A DNA stretch of 45,022 nt from NCBI GenBank assembly GCA_035629475.1, contig DASPHS010000039.1, positions 1 to 45,022 on the forward strand. Direction: 5' to 3'. The position numbers and the translations under genes were made by a program. Source of the DNA: Candidatus Saccharimonadales bacterium. GTDB lineage: Bacteria > Patescibacteriota > Saccharimonadia > Saccharimonadales > UBA4665. Shown here one piece after another: positions 37,253 to 45,022 of this stretch (its first letter is position 1; every line of letters starts with the position of its first letter). The notes beneath the pieces were generated by a model. The model was given only the letters and a program-made list of their open reading frames with translations, had not been told where the DNA came from and ran no database searches.

Positions 37253-38917
37253 ATGGATGAATTTAAAAAGAAGTTGGTAGCCAGCGGTTTTGCCGGTGAG
37301 CTTGCTGATGATGCTGCCACAAAAGAATTTTATAGCCACGATGCGAGTCTCTTCGAGATTAAGCCGCAGCTGGTCGTGTCACCTAAGGACACGAAAGATG
37401 TGCAAACGTTGGTAACGCTCGTAGCGAAAGAAAAGAAGAATATACCCGACCTATCGGTAACTGCCCGCTCAGCCGGTACCGACATGTCAGGGGGAGCGGT
37501 CAACGACTCTATCATCGTGGACTTCAACAAACACCTCACCACTATTAAAGATATCAGCCCGACGCTGGGACACGCTCAGCCCGGGGTGTTTTACCGGGAT
37601 TTTGAGGCAGAAACCCTCAAGCAGAAAGCCCTGATGCCCTCTTACCCCGCAAGCCGCAGCCTTTGTACGATTGGTGGCATGGTCGCTAACAACTCCGGTG
37701 GTGAAAAGTCATTGGAATATGGCAAAGTGCAGGATTTCGTGGAAGAGCTGAGCGTCGTGCTGGGTGACGGCAAAGAGTACGTGGTAAAGCCACTGACCAA
37801 AGACCAGCTGATTAAAAAAATGGCTCAAGGTGACTACGAGGGTGACCTGTACAAGAACCTCTTCAAGCTGATCGAGGCGAACATGGAAACTATCCAGAAT
37901 GCACGCCCCAAAGTCAGCAAGAACTCCATGGGTTATAACTTGTGGGATGTATGGAATCCTGAGACAGGAATCTTCAATCTTAACAAGTTAATCGTTGGCT
38001 CCCAGGGTACTTTGGGACTGGTGACTGACATTAAGTTCCGCCTGGTCCCTGCCCGTCCACACTCTGGCTTACTGGTGCTGTTTTTGAAGGACATCGACAA
38101 GTTGGGTGAGCTGATTAATGTCGTACTCAAACATAAGCCAGCGACATTTGAGTCATTTGATGATGCTACGCTGTGGCTATCTATCAAGTTTATGCCCTAC
38201 TTCTTGAAGATGCTGGGGCCCAAAGCATTCATTAAGCTCCTCATAGGCCTGATACCTGACGGCTTGATGCTCCTGAAGGGTATTCCTAAGCTGGTGCTGA
38301 TGGTTGAGTTTAACGGCGAGACTGCCGAAGAAGTCCAGGAGAAGATTACTGCCCTGCACAAGGAACTCAAGATTAAGCGCGCCTACTACGAGATTAGTGC
38401 TGAAGAGGAAGACCCTACCGAAATGAGCAGCGAGAAGTTCTGGGTCATGCGCCGCCAAAGCTTCCAGCTGTTACGGAGCAAGGTAAAGGACAAACACACG
38501 GCACCATTTATCGATGACCTGATTGTGAATCCTGAGCACTTGCCGGAATTCCTGCCCCGCTTGCGTAAGATCATCAAGAAGTACGAATTATTCGCAACGA
38601 TTGCCGGGCACATGGGCGACGGCAACTTCCACATTATTCCGCTGATGAAGCTGGAAAACCAGTCAGAGAAAGACAAGATCTTGCCGGCTATGGAAGAAAT
38701 TGATGACCTGGTGCTGCACTACGGTGGCTCACTGTCCGGCGAGCACAACGATGGTCTGGTTCGCGGCCCATGGCTGAAGGAGCAATTCGGCGAAGAGGTA
38801 CTCAACCTGTTCAAAGAAACTAAAAAGATTTTTGACCCTCAGAATATCTTTAACCCGCATAAGAAAGCTGATGCTGATTGGGACTATTCCTACCAGCACA
38901 TCCGTGACCACTTCTAG
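37253..38917 (+). CDS. FAD-linked oxidase (GlcD / D-lactate dehydrogenase-like)
   Basis: SVTARSAGTDMSGGAV, CTIGGMVANNSGGE, C-terminal GGSLSGEHNDGLVR. Confidence 0.9.
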   Translation: MDEFKKKLVASGFAGELADDAATKEFYSHDASLFEIKPQLVVSPKDTKDVQTLVTLVAKEKKNIPDLSVTARSAGTDMSGGAVNDSIIVDFNKHLTTIKDISPTLGHAQPGVFYRDFEAETLKQKALMPSYPASRSLCTIGGMVANNSGGEKSLEYGKVQDFVEELSVVLGDGKEYVVKPLTKDQLIKKMAQGDYEGDLYKNLFKLIEANMETIQNARPKVSKNSMGYNLWDVWNPETGIFNLNKLIVGSQGTLGLVTDIKFRLVPARPHSGLLVLFLKDIDKLGELINVVLKHKPATFESFDDATLWLSIKFMPYFLKMLGPKAFIKLLIGLIPDGLMLLKGIPKLVLMVEFNGETAEEVQEKITALHKELKIKRAYYEISAEEEDPTEMSSEKFWVMRRQSFQLLRSKVKDKHTAPFIDDLIVNPEHLPEFLPRLRKIIKKYELFATIAGHMGDGNFHIIPLMKLENQSEKDKILPAMEEIDDLVLHYGGSLSGEHNDGLVRGPWLKEQFGEEVLNLFKETKKIFDPQNIFNPHKKADADWDYSYQHIRDHF

Positions 38918-38958
38918 TTTGTTTATGGCGCCCTTCCTGAACGGCAGATTCTGAGCGT

Positions 38959-39016
38959 AACAGATGCGGTCCGCGCTCACCGTACCGAAGTACGGCTCAC
39001 TTGCGGTCCTCCTGTT
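38959..39016. repeat. copy 2 of the conserved roughly 58-nt hairpin element
   Basis: aaCAGATGCGGTCCGCGctcaCCGTACcgaaGTACGGctcactTGCGGTCCTCCTGtt; lies inside a longer imperfect hairpin 38928-39049. Confidence 0.6.
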
Positions 39017-39073
39017 TCATCTCAGACTCCGCTCGTCCAGGAAAGGCGCTTAGTCTGTTCCGGATTCGCAAAT

Positions 39074-39103
39074 AAAACACCCGCTTTGTGCGGGTGTTTT
39101 ATT
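39074..39103. terminator. bidirectional intrinsic terminator
   Basis: AAAA ACACCCGC tttgt GCGGGTGT TTTT between convergent genes. Confidence 0.75.
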
Positions 39104-39117
39104 AGTAAGGGAGTGAG

Positions 39118-40008
39118 TTAGGCTTGGCGGCCGATGACCAGGAGGTCGCTCATGATGTATAGGTGGTCGGATGCTGGGCGGTAGACGCCGTGATCGGCTT
39201 CGGCGTTGAAATCGCCAACAGCGTTAGATAGTACATGGACTTCTTTAGAGACAAAAATATGGTCGAGACGCATCTTAGGATTTTCAGCGGGAATAGTCGG
39301 CGCATGTGTCGGGTCGGCATCGCGTAGACCATCAGCCTCAAACTGATCAACGATATCATCCCTACCCATGTCGGTAGTGCGGTAACCCAGGCTGATTTTA
39401 CGCATTAGTTTTGACTGTTGCACAGTGGGGTCCGGGTCACGGTAGAGGGGCCGCATGAATGGGCGCAGTACCTGTGCCCGGCGCATAAGCTTAGAGTAAG
39501 GGTCATTGCGATCGGCAGAGTTGGCATCAGTTAATATTGCCCGAGCCCCGTTCATATTGCCTGCCATGCGTTGCGTACGATAGGCTTCAAGCATTATGTT
39601 GCGCCCTGCCCAGGAACGGTCGTTAAGGTGTGTCAGCAGAGTAGTCATCGATTCGCCCGTTTCGGGGTCCTGAACGGTGCCCTGAATAGCAAAGCGACTA
39701 GCAAGCCAAAGGGGGCGCGGGTACTGGCTGGGCTGTTGGGGCAGCACGTCTTCATGAATGGCGAGCAGCAAACCGTGGCGGTCCTTGCGTCCGTCAGTAT
39801 CGTGGTACGGCGTATGCATCACGGTGTAGCCGAGCTTACGAAGCGTACTGACCGTATTGCTGACATCGGCCCCTTCGGCGTAGGCTTCACTAAAGCCTGC
39901 TACATCTGGTGCCAGGCGCTCGACTGCGTCCAACAGTACAGGTGCCCGATCTGGTTCACCTAATCCATCTTTTACATTCCACGCAAGCGCCCGCACTGCC
40001 ATAATCAC
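39118..40008 (-). CDS. endonuclease/exonuclease/phosphatase (EEP) family protein
   Basis: LAWNVKDG, FSEAY, LTHLN, LTDANS, LDHIFVS, ASDHLYI. Confidence 0.8.
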   Translation of the reverse strand: MIMAVRALAWNVKDGLGEPDRAPVLLDAVERLAPDVAGFSEAYAEGADVSNTVSTLRKLGYTVMHTPYHDTDGRKDRHGLLLAIHEDVLPQQPSQYPRPLWLASRFAIQGTVQDPETGESMTTLLTHLNDRSWAGRNIMLEAYRTQRMAGNMNGARAILTDANSADRNDPYSKLMRRAQVLRPFMRPLYRDPDPTVQQSKLMRKISLGYRTTDMGRDDIVDQFEADGLRDADPTHAPTIPAENPKMRLDHIFVSKEVHVLSNAVGDFNAEADHGVYRPASDHLYIMSDLLVIGRQA

Positions 40009-40036
40009 GTCATTATAAACGTGTTACGTCAAATTG

Positions 40037-40699
40037 TCACCCCTTAAGTAAGAGAGATGGCAGCTCGGTGAGGCTGTGGATTGTCTTCCAGGCATGTGGC
40101 GCCAATTCGGGTGAAGGCTCTGCTTCAGCCAAAAGCACGCCGCGCCCACACGCCGCAAAGAGTGCCAGGTCGTTCTTGCTGTCGCCCACCGCTACGCATT
40201 CATCAGGCGAAATTCCATGAGCAGCACAAAAGGCTTCAAAATCTGTGAGCTTTTGCCCGGCCTGGTCTTTCTGATAGGCATAATCCACGAGATTCCCTTG
40301 CCCATTCCAAATGAGTTCAGTATTGGCGTGCCACTCCTGGACGCCGACTTTTCGGGCGATCGTTGCCGCATACAAGTCCATGGAACCTGTTATAAGACAC
40401 AACTGATAGTCTTTCTGTAGTTCCGCAATAACAGCAGGCGCTTCAGGTTTCAAAGGCCAAGCGGCAAACAGTTCGCTTATGAATGTCTGGTTTGCCTTGC
40501 CTGTAGACTGCCATAGCCCCAGCAATTGGCGTTTGGATTCAGGATAATCTATAGACCCATCAAGGAAGTTATTAAAGATGCGCAGATGCTCATCGGCCGA
40601 TGCGCCAAGGCCTGCTGTAAGACTGGTCCATGAGACCTCGGGTGTCAGCGTGCCGTCAATATCGAAAATGATCGCTCGTACAGGTCTAAACTCTGTCAT
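40037..40699 (-). CDS. HAD-superfamily hydrolase (phosphoserine-phosphatase-like subfamily)
   Basis: IIFDIDGTLT, ITGS, VGDSKNDLALF. The listed start at 40726 is TTG; ATG 40699 is preferred. Confidence 0.85.
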   Translation of the reverse strand: MTEFRPVRAIIFDIDGTLTPEVSWTSLTAGLGASADEHLRIFNNFLDGSIDYPESKRQLLGLWQSTGKANQTFISELFAAWPLKPEAPAVIAELQKDYQLCLITGSMDLYAATIARKVGVQEWHANTELIWNGQGNLVDYAYQKDQAGQKLTDFEAFCAAHGISPDECVAVGDSKNDLALFAACGRGVLLAEAEPSPELAPHAWKTIHSLTELPSLLLKG

Positions 40700-40749
40700 T
40701 GGTTCAGTATACCAGCATGGCCGCAAGACCCAGTCTCGTCTGTCGGTAA

Positions 40750-41235
40750 CTAAAGAAAATAATCGTAGGATTTGCGGTTGTACTCTGCTGCGCTATAGAT
40801 GTCTGCCCCGCCCGCATTCCAGAGGGCAAATTCGCCAATGCCTGACTCTAATGTCAATCTGCTGCAGGTGGTGCAGTACGGATCGCCCGCATCGGTGAAG
40901 TTACCTTCAATGTCTACCCTCATGAAATACAGCACAGAGTCTTCAATTTTATCGGGATTACGCTTACAGGCATCAATAATCGCCCGCCATTCGGCATGAG
41001 TGCAACACGTTTTATCGAATTTAGGCTTTCTTTGCAGTTCGTACACATCATTGCACGTACGATTGTCCACATCATCAAACGCCGGCCCATTGTAGCCTTT
41101 GCCAATGATTTCGCCGTCTTTTATGACAACCGTTCCACATAAACCGCGTAGGCACTTTGCCTGTTCGGCTAGTTTGCCTGCTGCAATAAAGAAGGGGCGG
41201 ATGGTTTTGAGGTCATCTCCAATGATTCTTTTCAT
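40750..41235 (-). CDS. CDA-fold deaminase (dCMP/cytidine deaminase family)
   Basis: CTHAEWRAI (HAE) and PYCTTCSRL (PCxxC) zinc motifs. Start moved to ATG 41235 (MKRIIGDD). Confidence 0.8.
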   Translation of the reverse strand: MKRIIGDDLKTIRPFFIAAGKLAEQAKCLRGLCGTVVIKDGEIIGKGYNGPAFDDVDNRTCNDVYELQRKPKFDKTCCTHAEWRAIIDACKRNPDKIEDSVLYFMRVDIEGNFTDAGDPYCTTCSRLTLESGIGEFALWNAGGADIYSAAEYNRKSYDYFL

Positions 41236-41283
41236 ATCTGTAATGGTATCAGATTCGCAGGCTGGAGTTAGAATAACGCATAA

Positions 41284-41306
41284 CAAAAAACCGGGCGTAG
41301 GCCCGG
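41284..41306 (-). terminator. intrinsic terminator
   Basis: The minus strand reads CCGGGC cuac GCCCGG UUUUUUGUU, directly after the 48-aa ORF. Confidence 0.75.
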
Positions 41307-41330
41307 TTGCAAAAGAATGATGGGATAGAT

Positions 41331-41477
41331 TTAAGCCAGTTCGTGGCGGAGTCTGCGCCACTTGCGCACTTGCATGCGGTTTGCTTTGTCATCAGCGTCG
41401 CTATCGACGTAGTTGTAGTCATCAAGTTGGATGGTCGCGATCTGTGTTGGGTGGGACAAGATCTTTACTTTCTTCAT
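41331..41477 (-). CDS. small ORF (48 aa), below the ORF-track cutoff
   Basis: My own translation: MKKVKILSHPTQIATIQLDDYNYVDSDADDKANRMQVRKWRRLRHELA. AAGGGGG about 12 nt upstream; followed by a strong terminator. Confidence 0.45.
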   Translation of the reverse strand: MKKVKILSHPTQIATIQLDDYNYVDSDADDKANRMQVRKWRRLRHELA

Positions 41478-41591
41478 GGCTTTTTCGAACCCCCTTATGA
41501 TTTATGGTAATTCCATAGTATGCTGGCAGGCTGTGAATCAACTGTAAGATTTCTAACTAGCGAGACGTGATTAAAATGACTCCTGCCCCTG

Positions 41592-42668
41592 TTATGAGGG
41601 CTTTTTGTCGTTGCGCCTGGTCTTGCTCCGGGCATAGGCACCAGACTTTTTAAGCGGGTTCAGGAGCAGCTGCTGGGCAAATTCCTCAGGGCTGGGCAGC
41701 TGCTTGCGCTGCAGTGTCGATTTACGGGCGTTTTGTACGGTCCGGGCAAAACGCTTGTCGGCCTCAACGTCCGCATACCTGGCAATCGGTTCGTTTTCCA
41801 GGACGGGCTTTTTGTTCTCTTCGTCCATTTCCTTCATGTTCTTGACGGCGTAATCCTGTAGCAGCCATTCACGACCTGGTGCGGTTTCACCCACAGCGAC
41901 GATGTGCCACAATTTAGGTCCTACTTCGTCTTTGTGCATGATGTGCAACGGCCGGACGACCATCAGCGGGCCGGTGGGAAGCCGTAGGTTGGTCTGTTCG
42001 ATAAGGTTAAGACCTTTTTCCAGGTCGGACACGAAAATGTCGATGGCTAGTGTCCGGACACCTTTTGGTGACACCCGCACGCCCTGGATGTTCTGGTTGC
42101 TAATCCAAATGATTTCTCCGTTCAGGCCACGGATACGGGTGGAACGCAGTGTTACGCGCTCCACGACGCCTTGTAAGTCACCAAAGGGCTCTAATTTGAC
42201 GTGGTCGCCCACTCCAAACCAATGTTCAGCCATCATTACGCCGCCATATGCCAGGTCGCGCAGGATGGGCGCAATGGTAGCACCGGCGATTACGGCAACA
42301 AGGGCGCTGGCACCGATAAGGGCTGTCGGTTGTTGCCCGGGGTGGGAGTAAGCCCACCAAAAGTACAGCGCAAAGACTACGAAGACGACGCGTATCAGGG
42401 CGATGAACAGCACGGTGAGCGTCTCGATGCGACGCAGCTGGTTCACTTCACGCAAGTCCTGGGTTTTATCGGCCCGGGTGCTGAGCACACGCGTAAACCG
42501 TCGCAACAGTGCCGCCACAATGCGCCCTAAAACGACTGCAATGGTCATGGCCACGATGAACGTTATGATCGATTCGGCATTGAAGAACGTGCCAGAAACA
42601 CGGTCTAACAGATTTTTTGAACGCTCAAACGCTTGGTCGAGCTGCTGATCGGCGAAAAGATGTATCAT
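41592..42668 (-). CDS. MscS-family mechanosensitive channel
   Basis: Three TM helices, then GDHVKLEPFGDLQGVVERVTLRSTRIRGLNGEIIWISNQNI. Confidence 0.9.
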   Translation of the reverse strand: MIHLFADQQLDQAFERSKNLLDRVSGTFFNAESIITFIVAMTIAVVLGRIVAALLRRFTRVLSTRADKTQDLREVNQLRRIETLTVLFIALIRVVFVVFALYFWWAYSHPGQQPTALIGASALVAVIAGATIAPILRDLAYGGVMMAEHWFGVGDHVKLEPFGDLQGVVERVTLRSTRIRGLNGEIIWISNQNIQGVRVSPKGVRTLAIDIFVSDLEKGLNLIEQTNLRLPTGPLMVVRPLHIMHKDEVGPKLWHIVAVGETAPGREWLLQDYAVKNMKEMDEENKKPVLENEPIARYADVEADKRFARTVQNARKSTLQRKQLPSPEEFAQQLLLNPLKKSGAYARSKTRRNDKKPS

Positions 42669-42713
42669 ATATACCCTAATCCTAGTATATATTGCGCCAA
42701 GTGCCTAGGGTGC

Positions 42714-43910
42714 TTACTTGGTTTTGTCGTAGAGGGTCACGGGTACGCCCCGATCGTTGGCCTTGGTCAGGAAGTCCTTCAGGATCGTCTTTGATTCGGT
42801 GCTCTGGAAGTATGACCAGTCGGTTGCCTCGCCCGCCTCGCTTTTATCTTCGCTAAACAGGTTCACAAATACACGGTACTCGTTCTGCTGGTAGTCCTGG
42901 GTACTTTCGGCGGTTGTCAGTATGTCGGCCAGGATTGCCTTGCGCTCATTAGCGGTTATATTCACGCGTCGGTCGTCGTCCTGGGTGTACTTGGCAGCAA
43001 AGGAGCCGGTGTTATACCAGATATCACGGATGCGTAGTTCGCGCGCGGCCTCAATGGCCAGTTCGGGCTGTAGGAACTCGGCGGCCTTAAAGATTTCGCG
43101 GCGCTGGGCTTGTGCGTTAGAGACCCAAGGGAATCCCTGGATGCCAATGCTGTCGATACTCCCCCGGGTAATTTCCTGCAGGTATGGCACGAGGCTGATG
43201 TAATCGCCATTATTGTATTCCAGGTCATTGGGGTCATAGGTGGTCGCACTCAGCAATACGCTGGCCTTGGCCTTCGGGAAATACTTTTTCATGGTGCTCA
43301 CGTACTTGTTCACGGATAGCGAAAAGTCTCGCGGTTCAGTGTCTTTGTTGTTCCATAATGGCGTGTTGCTTTCCGGGAATGGCACCCACAGGCCCATCAT
43401 TTGGTCGGTCACGCCAGCATCCTTTAGTTTTTGGAAATAGGTGTTCATACCGGCATCATATGCCCCGCTGAGGTACGTTTTGTATGACATTGGCCCATCG
43501 CCTACATATGGCTCGGCGATGACAATCGGGCTGACCTTAGCGGCGGCGAAGGTCTTCAGTTGCGCGGCCATTTTGGCGGCATCACCTGCGGCGGTGTTGT
43601 TGTCCGAGAAGCTGGTAAATAGCATCATCCGGTTGGTAGCTTGCGAGCCACACAGCTCCTGGTACTGCTGCAATTTACCGAGGTAGGGGTCTTTGCTGTA
43701 GCCGGTAAGTGCCAACGCCTGCTTTTTGGAACAGGTGGCAGTCATTTCTTTTTCAATTTGTTGCAAGGCTGTCGTGTCCTTGCCGCCAAATGCTCCTTTG
43801 ATGAGTGTAGCAAGGTCATCGTTGACCGAAAGGCCTACAGTCAGGGCGCCAAAAAAGACGACCAGACTAATAATGATAGCGTTTACGACGAGGAGTTCTT
43901 TGCGTTTCAT
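42714..43910 (-). CDS. membrane-anchored extracytoplasmic protein, possibly glycoside-hydrolase-like, coupled to the GT2 synthase
   Basis: N-terminal TM LLVVNAIIISLVVFFGALTV. ATGA overlap with the upstream GT2 stop. WVPFPESN and GIQGFPW blocks are only suggestive. Confidence 0.55.
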   Translation of the reverse strand: MKRKELLVVNAIIISLVVFFGALTVGLSVNDDLATLIKGAFGGKDTTALQQIEKEMTATCSKKQALALTGYSKDPYLGKLQQYQELCGSQATNRMMLFTSFSDNNTAAGDAAKMAAQLKTFAAAKVSPIVIAEPYVGDGPMSYKTYLSGAYDAGMNTYFQKLKDAGVTDQMMGLWVPFPESNTPLWNNKDTEPRDFSLSVNKYVSTMKKYFPKAKASVLLSATTYDPNDLEYNNGDYISLVPYLQEITRGSIDSIGIQGFPWVSNAQAQRREIFKAAEFLQPELAIEAARELRIRDIWYNTGSFAAKYTQDDDRRVNITANERKAILADILTTAESTQDYQQNEYRVFVNLFSEDKSEAGEATDWSYFQSTESKTILKDFLTKANDRGVPVTLYDKTK

Positions 43911-45022
43911 ACTTTCTCACCCTCCAGGAAGTTACCGATACCCTTACGGTCCCAGCGTTGCCATTCAACATCTTTACCTTGGCGAATCATCTTGAGGCTC
44001 TTGTGGAGGGCCAGGAATTCAATCCAATCCAGCATGTAGAACAGTGGCCAGAAGAATGGGAAGCTAAAGATCAACAGTGGTCGCGGCTTGCTGCTGTGGA
44101 AGAACGACACAGCAATGAACACGAGCATAATGAACAGGAGACCGATGGCCAGCGATAGATACTCACTGGTTACCAGGCTATAAGCAATCGCAATCGCAAT
44201 CGCGATAGGTTCAAAAAGCAGCTGAATCTCAGCCAAGAGTGAGAACGGCAGGATGAAGAATGACAGGAAAAAGTTATGCTTTTCTTCGGTTGAGAAAAAG
44301 AGCGAGCGATATTTGCGGAACGTGTCCAAGCGCCCCTTCTTCCAGCGTACGCGCTGTGAAATCAGGTCGCCCACCCGGGCTGCGCCTTCGGTGTAGCAGA
44401 CGACGTCTTCGGCGTACGTCGAGCGGAGCCCGTGGAATTTAGTGCGCATGGACATCTCGATGTCCTCGGTTTTATTCAGGGTATCGAACAAGCCGATAGT
44501 CTTGAACACTTCGCGGCGGAACGAAGCGCAGGCGCCACCAAAGATATATTCTGCGCCTAGAATGGCGTGGGCACGCTTGTTGTAGAAGCCAAAGTAGTAT
44601 TCCATTTGCTGAGCGAGGCCGACAACGGTACTGGCGTTAATGACTTCGACGTTACCGACGACAGCCATAATCTTGTCGTCCAGGTAGTACTTGACGAGCT
44701 TTTGCAGCGCCCCTGCCTCCAGGGCTGAGTCGGCGTCCATAGTCAGGATGATGTCGCCCTTGGACATTTTGATACCGGTATTAAGTGCCTTCCCCTTGCC
44801 TTCATTCTGCTTGTACAGATAGCCAACGCGGCGGACATTGTTGCGCTTGGTCTCTTTGACTTCACGTAAGTAGTCCTTGATAACCTGGTCAGAATTGTCG
44901 GTGGAGCCGTCATTAATAATGATAAGTTCGGTATTCTTGTAGCCGTTGTCCAGGACGGACTGAATGGTCTTGATGATGCCCGCTTCTTCATTCCAGGCGG
45001 GGACGATTACTGAGATAAGTGG
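43907..45022 (-). CDS. processive GT2 polysaccharide synthase (PgaC/cellulose-synthase-like), 5' end outside the window
   Basis: TMDADS, QRVRWKKG (QxxRW), C-terminal TM helices. My translation shows the frame stays open upstream of the listed Met to the window edge (PLISVIVPAWNEEAGI...LIIINDGSTDNS...). Confidence 0.85.
   Translation of the reverse strand, partial: PLISVIVPAWNEEAGIIKTIQSVLDNGYKNTELIIINDGSTDNSDQVIKDYLREVKETKRNNVRRVGYLYKQNEGKGKALNTGIKMSKGDIILTMDADSALEAGALQKLVKYYLDDKIMAVVGNVEVINASTVVGLAQQMEYYFGFYNKRAHAILGAEYIFGGACASFRREVFKTIGLFDTLNKTEDIEMSMRTKFHGLRSTYAEDVVCYTEGAARVGDLISQRVRWKKGRLDTFRKYRSLFFSTEEKHNFFLSFFILPFSLLAEIQLLFEPIAIAIAIAYSLVTSEYLSLAIGLLFIMLVFIAVSFFHSSKPRPLLIFSFPFFWPLFYMLDWIEFLALHKSLKMIRQGKDVEWQRWDRKGIGNFLEGEKV

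Noticed and set aside
44176-44199. Hexanucleotide repeat (GCAATC) x3 followed by GCGAT inside the GT2 gene
   Set aside because: The repeat is in frame (it encodes AIAIAIA within a TM helix). The repeat unit is a multiple of three, so it cannot act as a frameshifting phase-variation switch.
44743-44991. Listed 82-aa ORF upstream of the GT2 gene
   Set aside because: It is in a different frame from the GT2 gene. My translation of the GT2 frame continues without a stop to the window edge, with typical GT2 N-terminal motifs, so the 82-aa ORF is a shadow frame.

Overview
Densely packed chromosomal window with moderate GC and the standard genetic code, holding about fifty protein-coding genes. The repertoire fits a small-genome, surface-oriented bacterium. 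Patescibacteria/CPR, perhaps Saccharibacteria, is my guess only. Recognisable content: a complete F1Fo ATP synthase operon (atpZ/I-B-E-F-H-A-G-[72-aa ORF]-D-C, 16506-23341); smpB; a tRNA-Asn(GUU) gene split by a 248-nt group I intron; GH13 alpha-glucosidase; GT4 and GT2 glycosyltransferases; two tandem clan GH-A-like hydrolase paralogues; an orphan sensor histidine kinase preceded by a baeRF-like (release-factor-fold) protein; an alpha/beta hydrolase; a minus-strand operon (NrdH-like redoxin, hypothetical, CobO-like adenosyltransferase, DAG-kinase-like lipid kinase, SNase-like nuclease); an aquaporin; a UvrD-like helicase fused to a PD-(D/E)XK nuclease; NDH-2; a sugar nucleotidyltransferase; YihY/BrkB; an FAD-linked oxidase; EEP, HAD and CDA-fold deaminase genes; MscS; and a processive GT2 synthase module cut by the window edge. 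Most unusual observations: (1) an insulated four-gene block of unrecognisable cytoplasmic proteins (23404-27116) arranged as two divergent pairs, each holding one member of a distant paralogue pair with a CxDxR...HxxC motif reminiscent of beta-carbonic-anhydrase zinc sites; (2) the intron-containing tRNA-Asn; (3) a roughly 58-nt hairpin element present three times in the same orientation with compensatory substitutions; (4) a translationally coupled 72-codon ORF between atpG and atpD. No CRISPR array, transposase, integrase or rRNA was seen. All functional calls come from motif recognition by eye; no database search was run.
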